A DNA stretch of 63,690 bases, counting the filler, from Dugesia japonica (lineage: Eukaryota), in assembly GCA_001938525.1 (NCBI GenBank). It is 5 parts of 5 records of this genome, joined end to end, with 100 filler letters (N's around TTAATTAATTAA, not from the genome) between each part and the next. Parts side by side here need not be neighbours in the genome. Positions count along the whole stretch, not along the records: positions 27,471 to 39,002 come from MQRL01473332.1; positions 39,103 to 49,218 come from MQRL01617004.1; positions 49,319 to 63,690 come from MQRL01641089.1; 2 more parts are not named here. One strand, given 5' to 3'. The position numbers were made by a program, and so were the translations under genes. Under the pieces are notes generated by a model that was not told the origin of the DNA, ran no database searches, and saw only the letters and a program-made list of their open reading frames with translations. This document shows positions 38,337-52,629 of this stretch, in pieces (within the stretch, counting starts at the first letter, position 1; every line of letters starts with the position of its first letter).

Positions 38337-39102
38337 TATTAATGTTTTTAGAGCAATATTAATGCTAAATGTTCTTCCAGATCAAATTAATGTTGGTTTT
38401 ATTTTATTTATTATGTATGTGAGCGATTTTGAAAAGCAAGCTGAAATTTTTGTGTGATTGGTGATCTTATTTTTAAAATCCTTTGTTTAAAAGAGAGATT
38501 TAAATTATTGATGAAAAATTTAAATAAACAAATATTTGGTTAAAAGATAAATTAAAATTATTGAANNNNNNNNNNNNNNNNNNNNNNNNNNNNNNNNNNN
38601 NNNNNNNNNNNNNNNNNNNNNNNNNNNNNNNNNNNNNNNNNNNNNNNNNNNNNNNNNNNNNNNNNNNNNNNNNNNNNNNNNNNNNNNNNNNNNNNNNNNN
38701 NNNNNNNNNNNNNNNNNNNNNNNNNNNNNNNNNNNNNNNNNNNNAAAAGATCATCAATTAAAACACGGGATTTTAATTTGTTTGAATAACAAATAATGTT
38801 GGTCATTAATTTTAATAAAGTGTTGTAATGAATTAAAATTTTGATATTGATGATACGATGAGTTTTCCAAACTCAACTAACAATGTGTATTAAGTTTAAT
38901 ACTTTTATTAATTTAATAAGTTTATTGGTTAAAAAGGTTGAATGAATGTATCGGATTTTATAGGTTTATTAGTTTAACAAGCGTTTTGAGTTTATTGCTT
39001 TTNNNNNNNNNNNNNNNNNNNNNNNNNNNNNNNNNNNNNNNNNNNNTTAATTAATTAANNNNNNNNNNNNNNNNNNNNNNNNNNNNNNNNNNNNNNNNNN
39101 NN

Positions 39103-39161
<59 letters not shown>
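39103..39161. repeat. (ATT)n microsatellite
   Basis: Direct observation. Confidence 0.95.
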
Positions 39162-39179
39162 CATTCTTATACTAGAAGA

Positions 39180-39347
39180 CGCAAAATAGATTCTTTAATA
39201 CAGTTTTGTTTGTAGTGTATAAAAGAGAATTCAAGGAGAAACTGCATGAGCAAGGCATTTCCAATGCTCTATTAATTATGAACAACGTTAGATTTCATCG
39301 TACTTCTGACATACTTAAAATAAAATCAGTGACAAAATTTATTCTAC
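39180..39347 (+). mobile_element. Tc1-like transposase fragment
   Basis: LIMNNVRFHR (compare IMDNxxFH). Confidence 0.45.
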
Positions 39348-40379
39348 NNNNNNNNNNNNNNNNNNNNNNNNNNNNNNNNNNNNNNNNNNNNNNNNNNNNN
39401 NNNNNNNNNNNNNNNNNNNNNNNNNNNNNNNNNNNNNNNNNNNNNNNNNNNNNNNNNNNNNNNNNNNNNNNNNNNNNNTAATTTCTAGTTAATTTTGTAA
39501 AAGATCCTTCAGAAATGTGTGGTCACATATACCACTTGAATAATGAAAACACTCTTTATTAAACGTATTTAATTTATTTTATGTCCATACTAAGTTATGG
39601 TATTTTTCAAAGATTAGGTTAAAAAAATCATTTATTAATATATTAATTTTTTATCAAAATAGAGTGTAAAACTCTGTATTAATCTAAGATTACAAATTTA
39701 GATGTTTTATGGCACATCATTTGTTTTTATGATTTTGTATGCTGCCCAAGCATTCGTTGGAATTCGTGCTAAACGTTATGAGGGCAAAATGTGGAGAATT
39801 CTCAATACAAACGTTAGTATTCACATGTCTTTTTAAAAAAAACTTTTTTAATATTAGACTGTTAACAAAAAAATTTCTTTTCTTAATTAATAATTTAATT
39901 TTATGAAATTTTCAAAGTTGCAATTATTANNNNNNNNNNNNNNNNNNNNNNNNNNNNNNNNNNNNNNNNNNNNNNNNNNNNNNNNNNNNNNNNNNNNNNN
40001 TTTAGAAGAAAATTTGTTTGTTCCTTAAAATTTAGAATTTATATAAAAAACATTTAATGGAAAAAAATTCTTTCAAAAACTATTTTTCTATTTTTAAACA
40101 GATTCTTAATTTTGTCAAGCTTAAGGATAAGTTTAAATATTTATATACTTACTGCATCTCATAAAAAATGTGGATTTTTAAAAAAATTTAAACGAGAAAA
40201 TTTTTGTTTTTCAAATATTTGAGATAAAATGTTAATATTAATCATTTAAAATTAAAATTATTAAATCCACTTTTTTATGATATGGAGTAAGTAATTAATT
40301 TATTGTAGACTTTTTTTAAATGACTAAAAAATTAAATAATAAAATGACTATTTATGTTAAAATATCAAAAATGTTTTAA

Positions 40380-43140
40380 CTGAAAAAGCATTACTGTGAT
40401 CCGTTACTTTCGGATTTTCTAAATCAAAATTAAACCCAAAAAGATTAGCAAACCAAGTCTGAAACTGTGGACTAATTGGTTTATCAGCTTTTTTCATATA
40501 AGTCAAAGCTTTATGGTAATTCCTGGTTTTAAACTTTTCCCAATTAAGTAATTCTTAAAGTGCATAACATATTCATGAATAGCTAAAAGTTCTTTTCTGG
40601 TTACACAATAACCTTTCTTGTGAGAATTTAAAACTCTCGAAGTAAAACTTGACTTTTTCAAAACCTTTGTAATCATTTTGGCTTAGAACAGCTCCAATAG
40701 CTCCAAAATTTGCATCAGTGTCTAGAATAATTTCTTTTGATGGATCAGAAAATGCCAATATTGGTGCTGTAGATAATTCATACTTTAACTTCTGGAAGCT
40801 AGTCTCAGTCTCTTTGGACCATTCGATCAACTTTTCATTTCCTGATATCACTGAATACAACGGCACAGTAATTTGCGATAAATCGACGATAATAATTAGT
40901 TAGTCTCAGAAAGGATTTTAACTGCGTAAAACAACCTGGAGTTGAAGCTTCTGTAATATTTTAAATTATATCATCGTTAGTTTGAATTCCTTTTTGACTA
41001 ATTGAGTGATCCAAAAATTCAATTTATCAGTTCTAAATACTCATTTTCCTGGAATAACGTTTGATTTTGATGCTGTAATTAATTCAAATGCCTTTTTAAA
41101 TCTTTGATTATGTTCATCAACAGTTCTTCTATAAACTAAAATGTCATCCAAATAAACAATTAAGCCTTTATACAGCATTTTTTTAAAAAATAAAATTTAT
41201 TAAACTCTGAAAAGTTACCGGTGCTGTACATAAACCAAATGGCAACCGATTAAAACAGATTTGTCTAATTTTCGTACTAAAGGCTGTTTTCATTTGTGAA
41301 TCTTCGTTTAACACAACTTGATAATAAGCTTGTTTTAAATCTATAGATGANNNNNNNNNNNNNNNNNNNAAGGTATCCAAAAGTGTGTTTATGTCAGATA
41401 CTGAAAATGAAAATTTTCAGTTACTTCATTCAATCGTCAAAAATCCAAACACATTCGGATAGTATCATCTTTTTTTTGTACTATAACTAAAGGAGAATTC
41501 CATGGGCTATAATAAGATATAATCTTTTAATTTTGGATTCAAACAAATCGTCAATTAATTTATCAACTTTTTCTTCCAAATGCATTGGTTGTCTTCTTGG
41601 ATTCTGAGAAATTAGAAGTCCTTTTGTATTAATATGATGCTTAATTAATGTAGTAATTCCTAAATCAAATTTGGATGCCATAAAAATCTATCCATATTTT
41701 CCAATAGGATTTTCAATAAATGAAGTTCTATTAGCACCATAAGTTAATGCCGTTTTAACACGATCACAATCCGTATATGTTGTATTTACTTCAGAAGAAT
41801 CAATCAATTTTACTTATGCCAAGAATACTTCACAAAATTTGATTATAGCAATTCCTCCAATAAAACGAGTAGAAATACTTTTAACAACCAAAATTTATTT
41901 CATCAAACGTTCCTTTTTCCATACAAATATCTTACCAAGACATGATTCATGTTTTGAAGAAAAAACACCTGACAATCTAACTTCTGACTTTATCATACCA
42001 ATTTGAATCCAATTTTCTTCACTTCACTGTTATTAATGCTCCAGAATCCCACATTTCAATATTACATCCATTACAATTCATAATACACCATTGCCGTCCG
42101 TCTATCTTCTGAAACATTCTAAATTCTTCAGCCTTTCCCTCAACTTCTTTTATCTCTAATATTAATAGAATTTATCGACTCAACTCCACAGACAAGATAG
42201 CTACAGGGAGTTGGTAGGAGTTTTTTCAATTTCACTATCATCGATATCATGGATTTCGTCTAAATTATTAATTTCATTCACACATGATATTCTTCAATTT
42301 TGGAGGCCTTTGAGAACTAAATTGTAGAATTTCATTGCAATCATCTTCATTGATTGTTGCGGTCTACTGGCTTGATGAGAAAAATTCCCATCATTGCTCG
42401 ATTGTGAAAATGTTTTATCTCGATCCTTATAAGCAGTTGACTTTTCAGGTTGATTTGTATTTCCTGAAGAATGAAAATTTATTGAATTCCTTTGCTGTTC
42501 AAAATGTGTCTTCCCTTCTGAACATTGATTATAATATCAAGGTTTACGAATATGTTGGTCTTATGACATGCAATTCCCGATGCGGAACCAATTTTTCTAA
42601 ATTTGTAGCAAGTTCTTTTCTTCTTTCGTCAGACATTAATGGATCAATGACAAAGGATTCGCGCAGATTTTCACTTTGTAATCCTTGCAGAATACATAGT
42701 CTTGCAATTTCTTCTATTGTTAATTTCTTTTAAAATTCCTCTGTAACGATTTTCTTAACTTGAATTTCGAAATTTCTGTATTTCTCGTCTGTTCTCTTTT
42801 TTATTAACGACAATTCCTTTACTTTATCGTAAATAGATTTTGTATTTGTAAAGGTTTCTATTAACCATTTTTTGACTTCCTCATTGGTAACGGAATCATT
42901 TGAACAAGTAAATTCTTCCCACAACTCTTTTGAATCACCTCGTAACAGCATATCTAATGCGAAAACAAATTCCATTTGATTGAATGTCTCAAAACCTTTT
43001 TTGTGTGATCCATTCTTCGGCATCTTGATTGAGACCTTCAAAAGAACTTGGTTTGGGAATTAACATTTCTGAAGATTTTTGAGGCAAATGTGAAAAGATC
43101 TTATGCCTTTATTCGCGTTTCACTATTGTTAACGCAATTA
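40380..43140 (-). mobile_element. Decayed Gypsy element (gag, protease, RT, RNase H); related to the 57.2-61.1 kb copy
   Basis: PRRQPMHLEEK, SSIDLKQAYYQ, KTAFST, LPFGLCTAPVTFQ, IVYLDDILV, ILDTDANFGAIGAVLSQ. Confidence 0.92.
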
Positions 43141-43276
43141 TTTCGGCGTGGTGGTCAATAAAAAGACTCGACATTAATATTAATGATTTATTTAAGAATA
43201 ATATATTTTGTATTATTTAAACAAAATTGACTGTTGAAATAATCACTATTTTCTAACTTATATATATATATATATA

Positions 43277-44532
43277 TAGGGTGCGTCAGATATTTGCTGA
43301 CAAAAATTGATATTAACGCAAAGTAATATGTTTAATGAAAAGTATGTATATTTTTAAGCAATATTAGAAACAATAATTGTTTTAAGTACACAAGAGATAT
43401 TTATTCAATAAAATCACCTTTAGTGTCAATTACAGCTTTAAGACGGCTTCTGAAAAGCTTACACGCCGCGATCAAATGGTTTTTGTTCATATTTATCATT
43501 GCTCGTAATGAATCCTTGGTATTATGAGGATGTTTGTTCGTCTCCTCCTCTACGACACCTCATACAAAATAATCCAAAGGATTTAAATCGGGTGAGCTAA
43601 GTGGCCATAAGTCTGGAGTGACATGGTCGTGAAAATTTAGCGCTAGCCATTTTTGTGTTTTTATTGCTGTATGACAAGGAGCTGAGCCTTACTGGAACAC
43701 ATAAGATCTTCTGTGGGCAACGTTTTCAATCCAGGGCTTCAAAAACGTATCCAGAGCCTCGATATAAGGAGATGCCATTATTCTATGACCATGTCGAAAG
43801 AAATACGGAGGCATAAGATGACCTTCGTTGCTCACAACACCCAATATCATTAAAGATGATGGAAACTTGGTGTGCATAACAGTAAGAACTTCAGAAACAC
43901 TAGAGCACAGCCATCNNNNNNNNNNNNNNNNNNNNNNNNNNNNNNNNNNNNNNNNNNNNNNNNNNNNNNNNNNNNNNNNNNNNNNNNNNNNNAAAGGCAC
44001 TTAGAGCGGATTAAACGATTTTCTTTGCATTTGGCCGATACAAAATGTCTTCTTTTCATGACGTAGTACTTGCATTTTAAATCATTGTCTACCGTCCGTC
44101 TTACTGTTGACTCAGAAACCGATAGTCGCTCAGCAATTTTCCTCATTGATGTTCCTGGACTTTNNNNNNNNNNNNNNNNNNNNNNNNNNNNNAAAATTAA
44201 CATTTCTGACATTGTCTGAACGTGAGGAATGTGTTTTTCTTTTCGATATAGAGGAAACATTTCGATCAGACACCAAACATTCATTTATAATTTTATTGAC
44301 AAACGATCTGGCCACATTAAGAAATTTTGAAATTTCAAAGGCACTAATGCAACAATAACTGCATGCCTTTTCATTTCTTGTGTTAATTCAAAAGATATAT
44401 CTTCCATTTCTAAAATAAAAAAAAATTATTGAATGTTGTACCAACAAATATTGCAAATCCATTTTAGCGCAATAAAATAATTATCATGATATATTTAAAC
44501 AAATTTTGTCCTCAAATAGCTGACGGACCCTG
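43277..44532 (-). mobile_element. Full-length decayed Tc1/mariner element (maT/DD37D-like)
   Basis: About 30-bp imperfect TIRs (YAGGGTSCGTCAG...) flanked by TA repeats. Transposase motifs TKFPSSLMILGVVSNEG, YVFQ*GSAPCH, WPLSSPDLNPLDY. Confidence 0.9.
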
Positions 44533-44792
44533 TATATATATTATTGATAGCAATACCGGGCACACGTGATGATTTTAAGAATTTAGACCCGGTTCCCAAA
44601 AAAAAAAAGAATCGTTTTTTCAGTTCTCTAATAACTTCAATTGTTTGAAAATTTAAAAATTCTTAATATATTTAATTCTTATCCTTTAAATTCTGTCTTT
44701 TAAGAAAATTAGAAAATTGATCGAAAATAAGAATAAACTAAATTAGCCATACCATGCACTCTTTTGAATTTCTTGTTTTTTCTTATGTGGAA

Positions 44793-46980
44793 TGTTGAGT
44801 TCATACAACTGTGATTCCATAAATACAAGATAGGCAATAAAGATGGCAATATTTATTAAATTCAAATTTCTGCTTATCTATTAAAATATATTATTTAAAC
44901 AAAATGCATTTGTTTAAAGTATATTTTTAATTTGGAATGTAATATGATTAAAAGTCATATTACATAACCCCCGACGTAATTTGAAGGTCATCGGAATACG
45001 TGAATGTTGGTTTCAGTCTGTCGGTTGATACCGTTTTTCTAATTCCGTTGATGTCAATTTCGAATGTCTTTAAATCTGTGCTTCTGTGAATGACACGATA
45101 TGGTTCTTCGTATGGTGATTGCAGGCTTGTTGGATTGGGTGTTCGGAGCCATACTTGATTGCATTGTTTTAGAGCAAATGGAATGAAGATGGTTCTTTTT
45201 GTTATATTTGGTGGCTGTGGTCTCTCGAGTCTTTGTATTGCAGCCAGCACATTTTCTTTCGTAATGGCGATTTTTAAATCTGTGGTTGGAATGATGTCTC
45301 CTGGGAGGCGATTTGATGAACCATAGATGAGTTGCGCTGGTGAGGCTTGTTGCCCTGTAATTGTTGCATTTCTTAGTCCAAGCATGACTATAGACAAGTC
45401 AATGGACCATCTGCTTTCTGCAGTTGTACTATGTGTTCGAATAGCATTTTTTAGGGTTCGATTGAGTCTCTCAATTTTACCGTTACATTGTGCATGGTAT
45501 GCTGTTGTGTTGCGGTGCTCAATTCCGTATCTCTTGCACATTTCTTTGAATTGATTTTAAATAAATTGTCTTCCTTGATCAGTAATTGTGATTTCTGGTG
45601 GGCCAAATCTACTGATGCATCCTTTTGTCTGATGCGTCATTGTCTGTTTGTTGGATTTTTCATCGATTGAATATATAGCAGTGGCTTGTGATCTGTTAAA
45701 ATTCTGAATTCACTGCCTTCTAAGTAATGCTTGAAATTCTTGATGGATAGATAGAGGGCTAAGANTTCACGGTCAAACGTTGAATATCTTTGTTCTGTCT
45801 TCGTGATTCAGACTTGCTCCAACTGCGATATTTGATGCGTCCATTTGAAGTACTAACTTTTTATTTGAATCAGGTGGAGTCATATTTATAATTCGATTCA
45901 GTGCTGCTTTGATATCTGAGAAAGCCTTTTCATGCTCGAATGTCCATTGTAACTTTCTGCGAGTATTTTTCGATGATGCCAACAGACTATGAAGAGGAGC
46001 CATTGTTTCAGAGAAATTTGGAGTCATCCATTGGTAGAATGTGGCTGCTCCTAAAAATCTTCTTAGCGAAGCGACAGTGGTTGGTGAGGGAGAGTCTGTT
46101 ATTACATTGATACGAGTTTTGATTGATTGTATTGTGAAGATATATTGAATCCAAGGAAATCAACAGATTTCATTCTGAATTTGCTTTTAGTTTCNNNNNN
46201 NNNNNNNNNNNNNNNNNNNNNNNNNNNNNNNNNNNNNNNNNNNNNNNNNNNNNNNGTCGCCAATTGATTTGGAGAATATGATGATATCATCAACATAGCA
46301 TGTTGCGAAGCTTTCTGTGTGGTGAAGAATTGAGTTTAAATGTATCGCTGGAACATTTGTGAGGCATTTCGAGTCAAAATAGCATCGTTGTATATTCAAA
46401 AAGACCAAAAGGCGTGATACATGCTGTTTTTTTNNNNNNNNNNNNNNNNNNNNNNNNNNNNNNNNNNNNNNNNNNNNNNNNNNGATTGATTGTATTGTGA
46501 AGATATATTGAATCCAAGGAAATCAACAGATTTCATTCTGAATTTGCTTTTAGTTTCTCTCGTCAGAATCTCTTTATTAGTTTTTCAAATGAATTTCGTC
46601 GTCGCCAATTGATTTGGAGAATATGATGATATCATCAACATAGCATGTTGCGAAGCTTTCTGTGTGGTGAAGAATTGAGTNNNNNNNNNNNNNNNNNNNN
46701 NNNNNNNNNNNNNNNNNNNNNNNNNNNNNNNNNNNNNNNNNNNNNNNNNNNNNNNNNNNNNNNNNNNNNNNNNNNNNNNNNNNNNNNNNNNNNNNNNNNN
46801 NNNNNNNNNNNNNNNNNNNNNNNNNNNNNNNNNNNNNNNNNNNNGAGCTGTTTCCCAAACGATCTAGAATATTTGAAATACAAGGTAAAGGATACCTGTC
46901 AGAAATGGTAACTGCATTTAGTAATCGGTAGTCACCGCATGGGCGATAGGTATTGTCTTTCTTTTTGACAACAACCAAAT
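44793..46980 (-). mobile_element. Gypsy element remnant (RT, RNase H, integrase, probable 3' LTR about 44793-44964)
   Basis: RPCGDYRLLN...DRYPLP, YVDDIIIFS, DASNIAVGA, TTAYHAQCNGKIERLNRTLK. G-run PPT followed by TG at 44964. Confidence 0.92.
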
Positions 46981-47149
46981 TTTTTTTGATGCAGTTTAAG
47001 TTGTTTTTTAAATACAAAATAAAGTTAATGCTATTTGCTAACATTTCATTTCCAAGTTTTTTGATGTGATAAGCTCTTCTGTACATTCCTCTTGAGAAGG
47101 TAGGATAATAAAAATATTTATCGACAGCATTAAATATTATTAAACTAGT

Positions 47150-47900
47150 TTCTTCGTTAGAACTATTTGGTAGAAACTAATTAATACATTAATTTTGTCG
47201 AGCATATCAGCTCCGGATGGTCAATGATTTTTTATATCTGTACATCAGTAGTTTGACTTAAGAATTATGTAAAAGTGATATTTCGAAATCACCAAAAACA
47301 ATAATAAATATAGTGTCAAATTATTCTGATACGGTTTTTAAACAACTCAAACAGGAATTCTTACACAAAATAATGGAAACAGATGAATTTCAGAGATAAA
47401 GAACTACATTGGTTCTTTGACTAGTGGACATAAATAAGGAATTGTCAGTATTTAAACATAAACGTTCATAGTGTAAAGGAGTTTTAGAGGCTTGGATTAG
47501 CACGAATACATGGAAGCTTACAGTATAGAACTATTCAATCAAAATTTAACNGAATTTGGTTTTTTGTTTTAATTCAGTCATTGTATGTATAGTTACCGAC
47601 GGATCTTCAGTTATGGAAAAAGTTAGATGGCTAATTAAGGCAGATCAACCACTTTGTTTATCACATGGTATTTCATTAATTGTTATAAGTGTTCTTTATG
47701 GGTTTCTTGCAAAAGTGAGTTATGAATTGAACATATAGTAGAAAAGAATGAATTATTGGAAGAAGATTCAAACATTGAATCGTAAAGATGCTAACTTGTT
47801 AACTGCAAGAGCTACTATGAATTTAGTGATGATGAGTTGGAAAATAAATAAATACCGATTTGGCAGATGAAATTAACTGGGTAAACTAGAAGAACAATAA
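47150..47900 (+). mobile_element. hAT transposase remnant
   Basis: LGLARIHGS, IVCIVTDGSSVMEK, LCLSHGISL. Confidence 0.7.
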
Positions 47901-47928
47901 CGAGAGATTTGAAGTGATTTGAAGAGAT

Positions 47929-48250
47929 TTGAGACAAGCTGGAAGTGGAAGACGTAGAATATTTGGAACTAATGATTCTGCTAAAGCTGCTCCTAGTACA
48001 AATAGAAAATATTTAGATGAGCTGGAAATATGGCTAATGGTACCAAAGTGTGTACTAAAATTGACTCCATTTCATAAAGAAAAGGGAGTCAAATGGTGTA
48101 AAGATCATCGTAAAATAAGATTTGGTATGGTGAGCAATAAGCACCAAAGAAAAAGAAATTTTGGTAAAATTCGAGAAAAGGTTGACACCAACAAGTATCA
48201 AGAATTACTCGAGAAAACTCTCCCAAGCATTAAGAAACCTTCGTCAAACT
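47929..48250 (+). mobile_element. Tc1-like transposase fragment
   Basis: GSGRRR, LTPFHKEKGVKWCK, VDTNKYQELLE. Confidence 0.55.
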
Positions 48251-48898
48251 TTATTTTTATGCTATTCTTAATGCATATAAATAAAAATTAGTTATTAAAT
48301 CAGCCTCATTATTTAATAGACATAGCTCATGTTTTATACTAGAATTTACTTTACTTCCGTAATTTATGTCGGCTTACGGAGTTAGTCAATAATAAATAAG
48401 TAGGTGAACTAAAACACCTTCGACTAAATATTTTTATTTTAACACTAGCATAATAGGGTGAAGTTTCAAGTGAAATCATTGGTGACGAAATTTTTTTAAA
48501 TCAATAAAAAAATGTGTAAATTATAATTCATCGATATTTTTTATTCGAGATTAATATTTAATTAATCAATAGACATTGTCGTAATTAATTATTTTAATTT
48601 TGTTTTTTCAGTTTCGATGCAATATTTTCAATGGAATTTATTTATTAGCCTGGTATGTGAATCATCAAATAAATTATTATTTCAATTTTATTTCTGATCA
48701 ATTAATATATATATGTCCGAGATAGTTTTGTGTTATTTTTGTATCTATATTTTACTTTTAAAATTATTGTCGTGTTAATAATAAGGATTATAATTATATA
48801 CAATAATACAGTCAACCCCACATGGGTTGATAATGTAGCTCTTCGTTTTTATTTTATTTAATAAATTATAAAAAACAAATAAAAACTGACTATACATG

Positions 48899-49178
48899 TA
48901 GTGGCGAGTTTACTTATAAGCGCGCTAGGTGCTTATCGAAAGAAAATAAAATTTTAAATTAATAAAAAAACATTTCCATGCTTTTTTTCACTAGAATCAA
49001 ATTGCATCACATTACTGTGACTTACTTTAACACTCACAAAACGGCTTCAAGTTCAAATTCAAGTTTTCGGGAAACTTATTGCACATAGGTTAAGGCTACA
49101 CACCACCATTCTACTCTCTGTATACATGTTCAAAAAGCCCCATTACAAAAAGCCTCATTTTCTGTAAACGCGCCGCTG
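48899..49178. mobile_element. Non-autonomous hAT-like MITE
   Basis: TIR TAGTGGCGAGTTTAC / GTAAACGCGCCGCTG; near-perfect 8-bp TSD TATACATG/TATACATA. Confidence 0.6.
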
Positions 49179-49513
49179 TATACATATTTTTTTATAGTTA
49201 TATACATTGATATTTATGNNNNNNNNNNNNNNNNNNNNNNNNNNNNNNNNNNNNNNNNNNNNTTAATTAATTAANNNNNNNNNNNNNNNNNNNNNNNNNN
49301 NNNNNNNNNNNNNNNNNNATAATAATATTTAGTTATCTCAATTCTTATTGGCTGAAATTATTAATTAATAATTATTTCCTCATAATATATGTTATATTTT
49401 TTAAACTTTTGCTTAGTGAAATACTCAGAGTTTTTTTTTACTAATACAACAGAAACAGAACATTATTAAAAATATTTTTCCATAAATTCCTAACTCATAT
49501 TCATTTTGAGGCT

Positions 49514-50429
49514 TCACGTTATTGTTATAGGTCGACTAGATTTGTATTCTTTGAGTTTTTGATAATGTTCCAGTACTTTCTTATAACAGTTGACAAGTTT
49601 TGGAAATTGACTGTATTCAGATTCAGTGAAATGATCCAATACATCAACCAAATAAAGATCAGCATAAGAAGGTTGCTTTCCAAGAAAGAAATCACCTTTC
49701 TTCGCATCCAGATAATCATTGACTTTCTATAAAAAAAAATTATTTATCAATAAGACCAATTATATAATTTTACATGTAAAATATTTGGCAAATGAATATT
49801 TTTCAATTCATCTTTAAATCTTTGTTTAAGGGTTTCATTCTTTTNNNNNNNNNNNNNNNNNNNNNNNNNNNNNNNNNNNNNNNNNNNNNNNNNNTTGCTT
49901 TCCAAGAAAGAAATCACCTTTGTTCGCATCCAGATAATCATTGACTTTCTATAAAGAAAAAGTATTTATCAATAAGACCAATTATATAATTCTACATGTA
50001 AAATATTTGGCAAATGAATATTTTTCAATTCATCTTTAAATCTTTGTTTAAGGGTTTCATTCTTTTCCCAAATTGTCGCTGGAACTTTCAAATATAAATC
50101 ATACAACTAAATATATGAAATTTTATATTTGCTAGCAGTGTTTTGTCACAATAACTCACTGTGCTAACAACTCGATCGGCATTGTATTCATCCATTTCCG
50201 TGGAACCGATAAGATGACATTTTCTAGCAAAATATCTTGAAATCGCCATACTTTCATTCATAAATGTTCCATCAGGAAGATACAAAATTGGTAATTGNCC
50301 AGTCGGAATNGTNGGTTTAAGTTTTGACCAATCTTGAAATTCAATTCGATTATCCTCGAAATCAATATTTCCAACAATAAAAATGAAACGTATCAATTCA
50401 CCTCTTCCTCTAGCATTAAAATATGTATA
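49514..50429 (-). CDS. Glutathione S-transferase, sigma-like; first exon probably in the gap; locally duplicated assembly
   Basis: YTYFNARGRGELIRFI, QLPIL, ESMAISRYFA, FFLGKQPSYADL...SRPITIT*. Confidence 0.85.
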
Positions 50430-51482
50430 CTATTTGAAAAATTATTTTTTAAAAGAAAAATATTTATTAATATCTACTTTNNNNNNNNNNNNNNNNNNNN
50501 NNNNNNNNNNNNNNNNNNNNNNNNNNNNNNNNNNNNNNNNNNNNNNNNNNNNNNNNNNNNNNNNNNNNAAAAAAACAATACAACACATTTCATTTCGCAG
50601 CATAGAAATATTTATTAAATAATAATTCTACGTTATCTACTGTATCACTAATGCATACAATATCTTAATCTAACTGTTGAACATTAATCTCAAAATACCA
50701 TTTTATAAACGAAAATTTGTAAGTACTGTAAAATTTTGATAAGTTTATTTTTTGTTTAATTATTCAAGTATTTTATTTTTAAAAAAATAATATTATTTGT
50801 AAATTTATAATTAGAAAACTATTTACATAGGTCTTTTGTGATAAAGTTTTAATTATTTATGAATTTTTTAAACGATTTTGTGGTATGTAATGATAATAAA
50901 TAATAGAATTGTTTATGTAAATTTACAAAATAAACATAGCGAATAAACATAGAGAATAGTACATATTTGTAAGAGAAATGTTGTAGATAGTGGAGCACTG
51001 GCACAGTACCTCCTATGCTTGTGCTTGACTTTAAAAAAAATTTTAAACTTTGTTGCTCTATTATAATTTAAGCTTATTAAAATTTATAGATGTTTGCATG
51101 AAATTTGTTTGGTTCTCAACAAAATTGTTATAAATTTTATTGATTCAGTAAAGTTTGAATAAAAGTGATATTATTGTATTGAAAGTTTGGTTAGAATAAT
51201 ATGGAATTATATACACTTATAAAATTTTTGTGTATGGCTGATTAAAATTGTTATATTATTCCTGAGATTGTGTATTCTTCGTATATTCCATGATGAAAAT
51301 GGTATATGTAATAATGAAATTAGACAATATTGTATTGAAATAAATAAATAAAGTGAGTGAATGAAATTAATTAAATTGATTGAATGTTTTGAGTGAGTTG
51401 ATTTGCTATATTTAGTATTATGTTGGTTAATGAAAAGAATCAAATAAACTAAGCAAATGAATTATGTATATTTAACGAATAT

Positions 51483-52110
51483 AAACCAATACATAAAAAT
51501 TCCAAACTAATACACTAAATCTTTAAACTAACACTGTAAAAATCGATACACATTACATTAAATTTATAATCCATCATACAAACATCTAAGCCAAAGTATT
51601 AAAATTTGAAACCAATACATTATAATTTCAAGCCAACACATAAAGATTCAAAATCAATATATGAAAATGTAACTTATCATGATAAAATTCATAACTATTA
51701 CATCAAATTTACAATCAAACTTATAAAATTGTAACGAGTCATACAAACATTTTAAACCAACACAATAAAATTTTAACCCACCACACAAAATCTAAACTAA
51801 TACATAAAAATTCAAAACCAATACACAAAAATTAAACAAACACATAAAAATTAATTGTTAATATGCCAAAATTCAAAAAATAGAATCCATAACACTACAT
51901 TGTAATCTAACAGAAAAATTCAAAATTTGATGTAGAAAATATTATCTCAACATATAAAATTAGAATCCGTCACACTAAACTGTATACTAACTTATAAAAA
52001 TTTGTAATCCATCATAGAAAATATTAACCAAAATATATAAAAGTTAAATGAACCACACGAAAAGTTATAATTTAATATATAAAAATTCAAAACCAACTTA
52101 TTAAAATTAA
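51483..52110. repeat. Degenerate minisatellite, unit about 20-21 bp
   Basis: Recurring AAACCAATACATAAAAATTC-like units, roughly 30 copies. Confidence 0.65.
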
Positions 52111-52629
52111 CTGAATACATTAAAAATAAAATTAAAATATTCAATTATTTGATACAATTAAGACCTATAATATACTCCATTTATATAATCTATATAATTT
52201 TATATATATAATCTATCGATTCATAAAATTTACCTAATTTAATAAAAGGATTCAATACATTCGACCTATTTATTTCATCAAGATTACTTGATTACTCTAT
52301 TCAATATAGTCATAAAGCCAATGAACAGGGCAAGAATATACACCTTATAATCTAAGTCAAATATAGTTAATAAACTAAAAACCACTCAAAAACCTAAATA
52401 AACCAAATATAATAAATTCATAAAGCTAATAAATTGTATCCACTAAACTAATCACCATAGTTAATTAAATATATATGCTTACTTCATCAAATACAATTAA
52501 TTATATCCAATCAATATGTTTGATTAATTTAACCCACTTAATTCATAAATTAGTTAAATAATTATTTAAATCAATCAGATTCTATACCAAATACATTGAA
52601 CCTTAATGTAAAAAATGAGCTCAAAAAAT

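Noticed and set aside
46103-46680. Apparent duplication of the RT YVDD segment
   Set aside because: Identical copies bordered by N gaps; most likely unmerged contig overlap.
49677-50064. Apparent internal exon duplication in the first GST
   Set aside because: Near-identical copies either side of a gap; likely two haplotypes or an assembly overlap.
51483-52110. Regularly spaced repeats as a possible CRISPR-like array
   Set aside because: Units are contiguous and degenerate with no unique spacers; it is a eukaryotic minisatellite.
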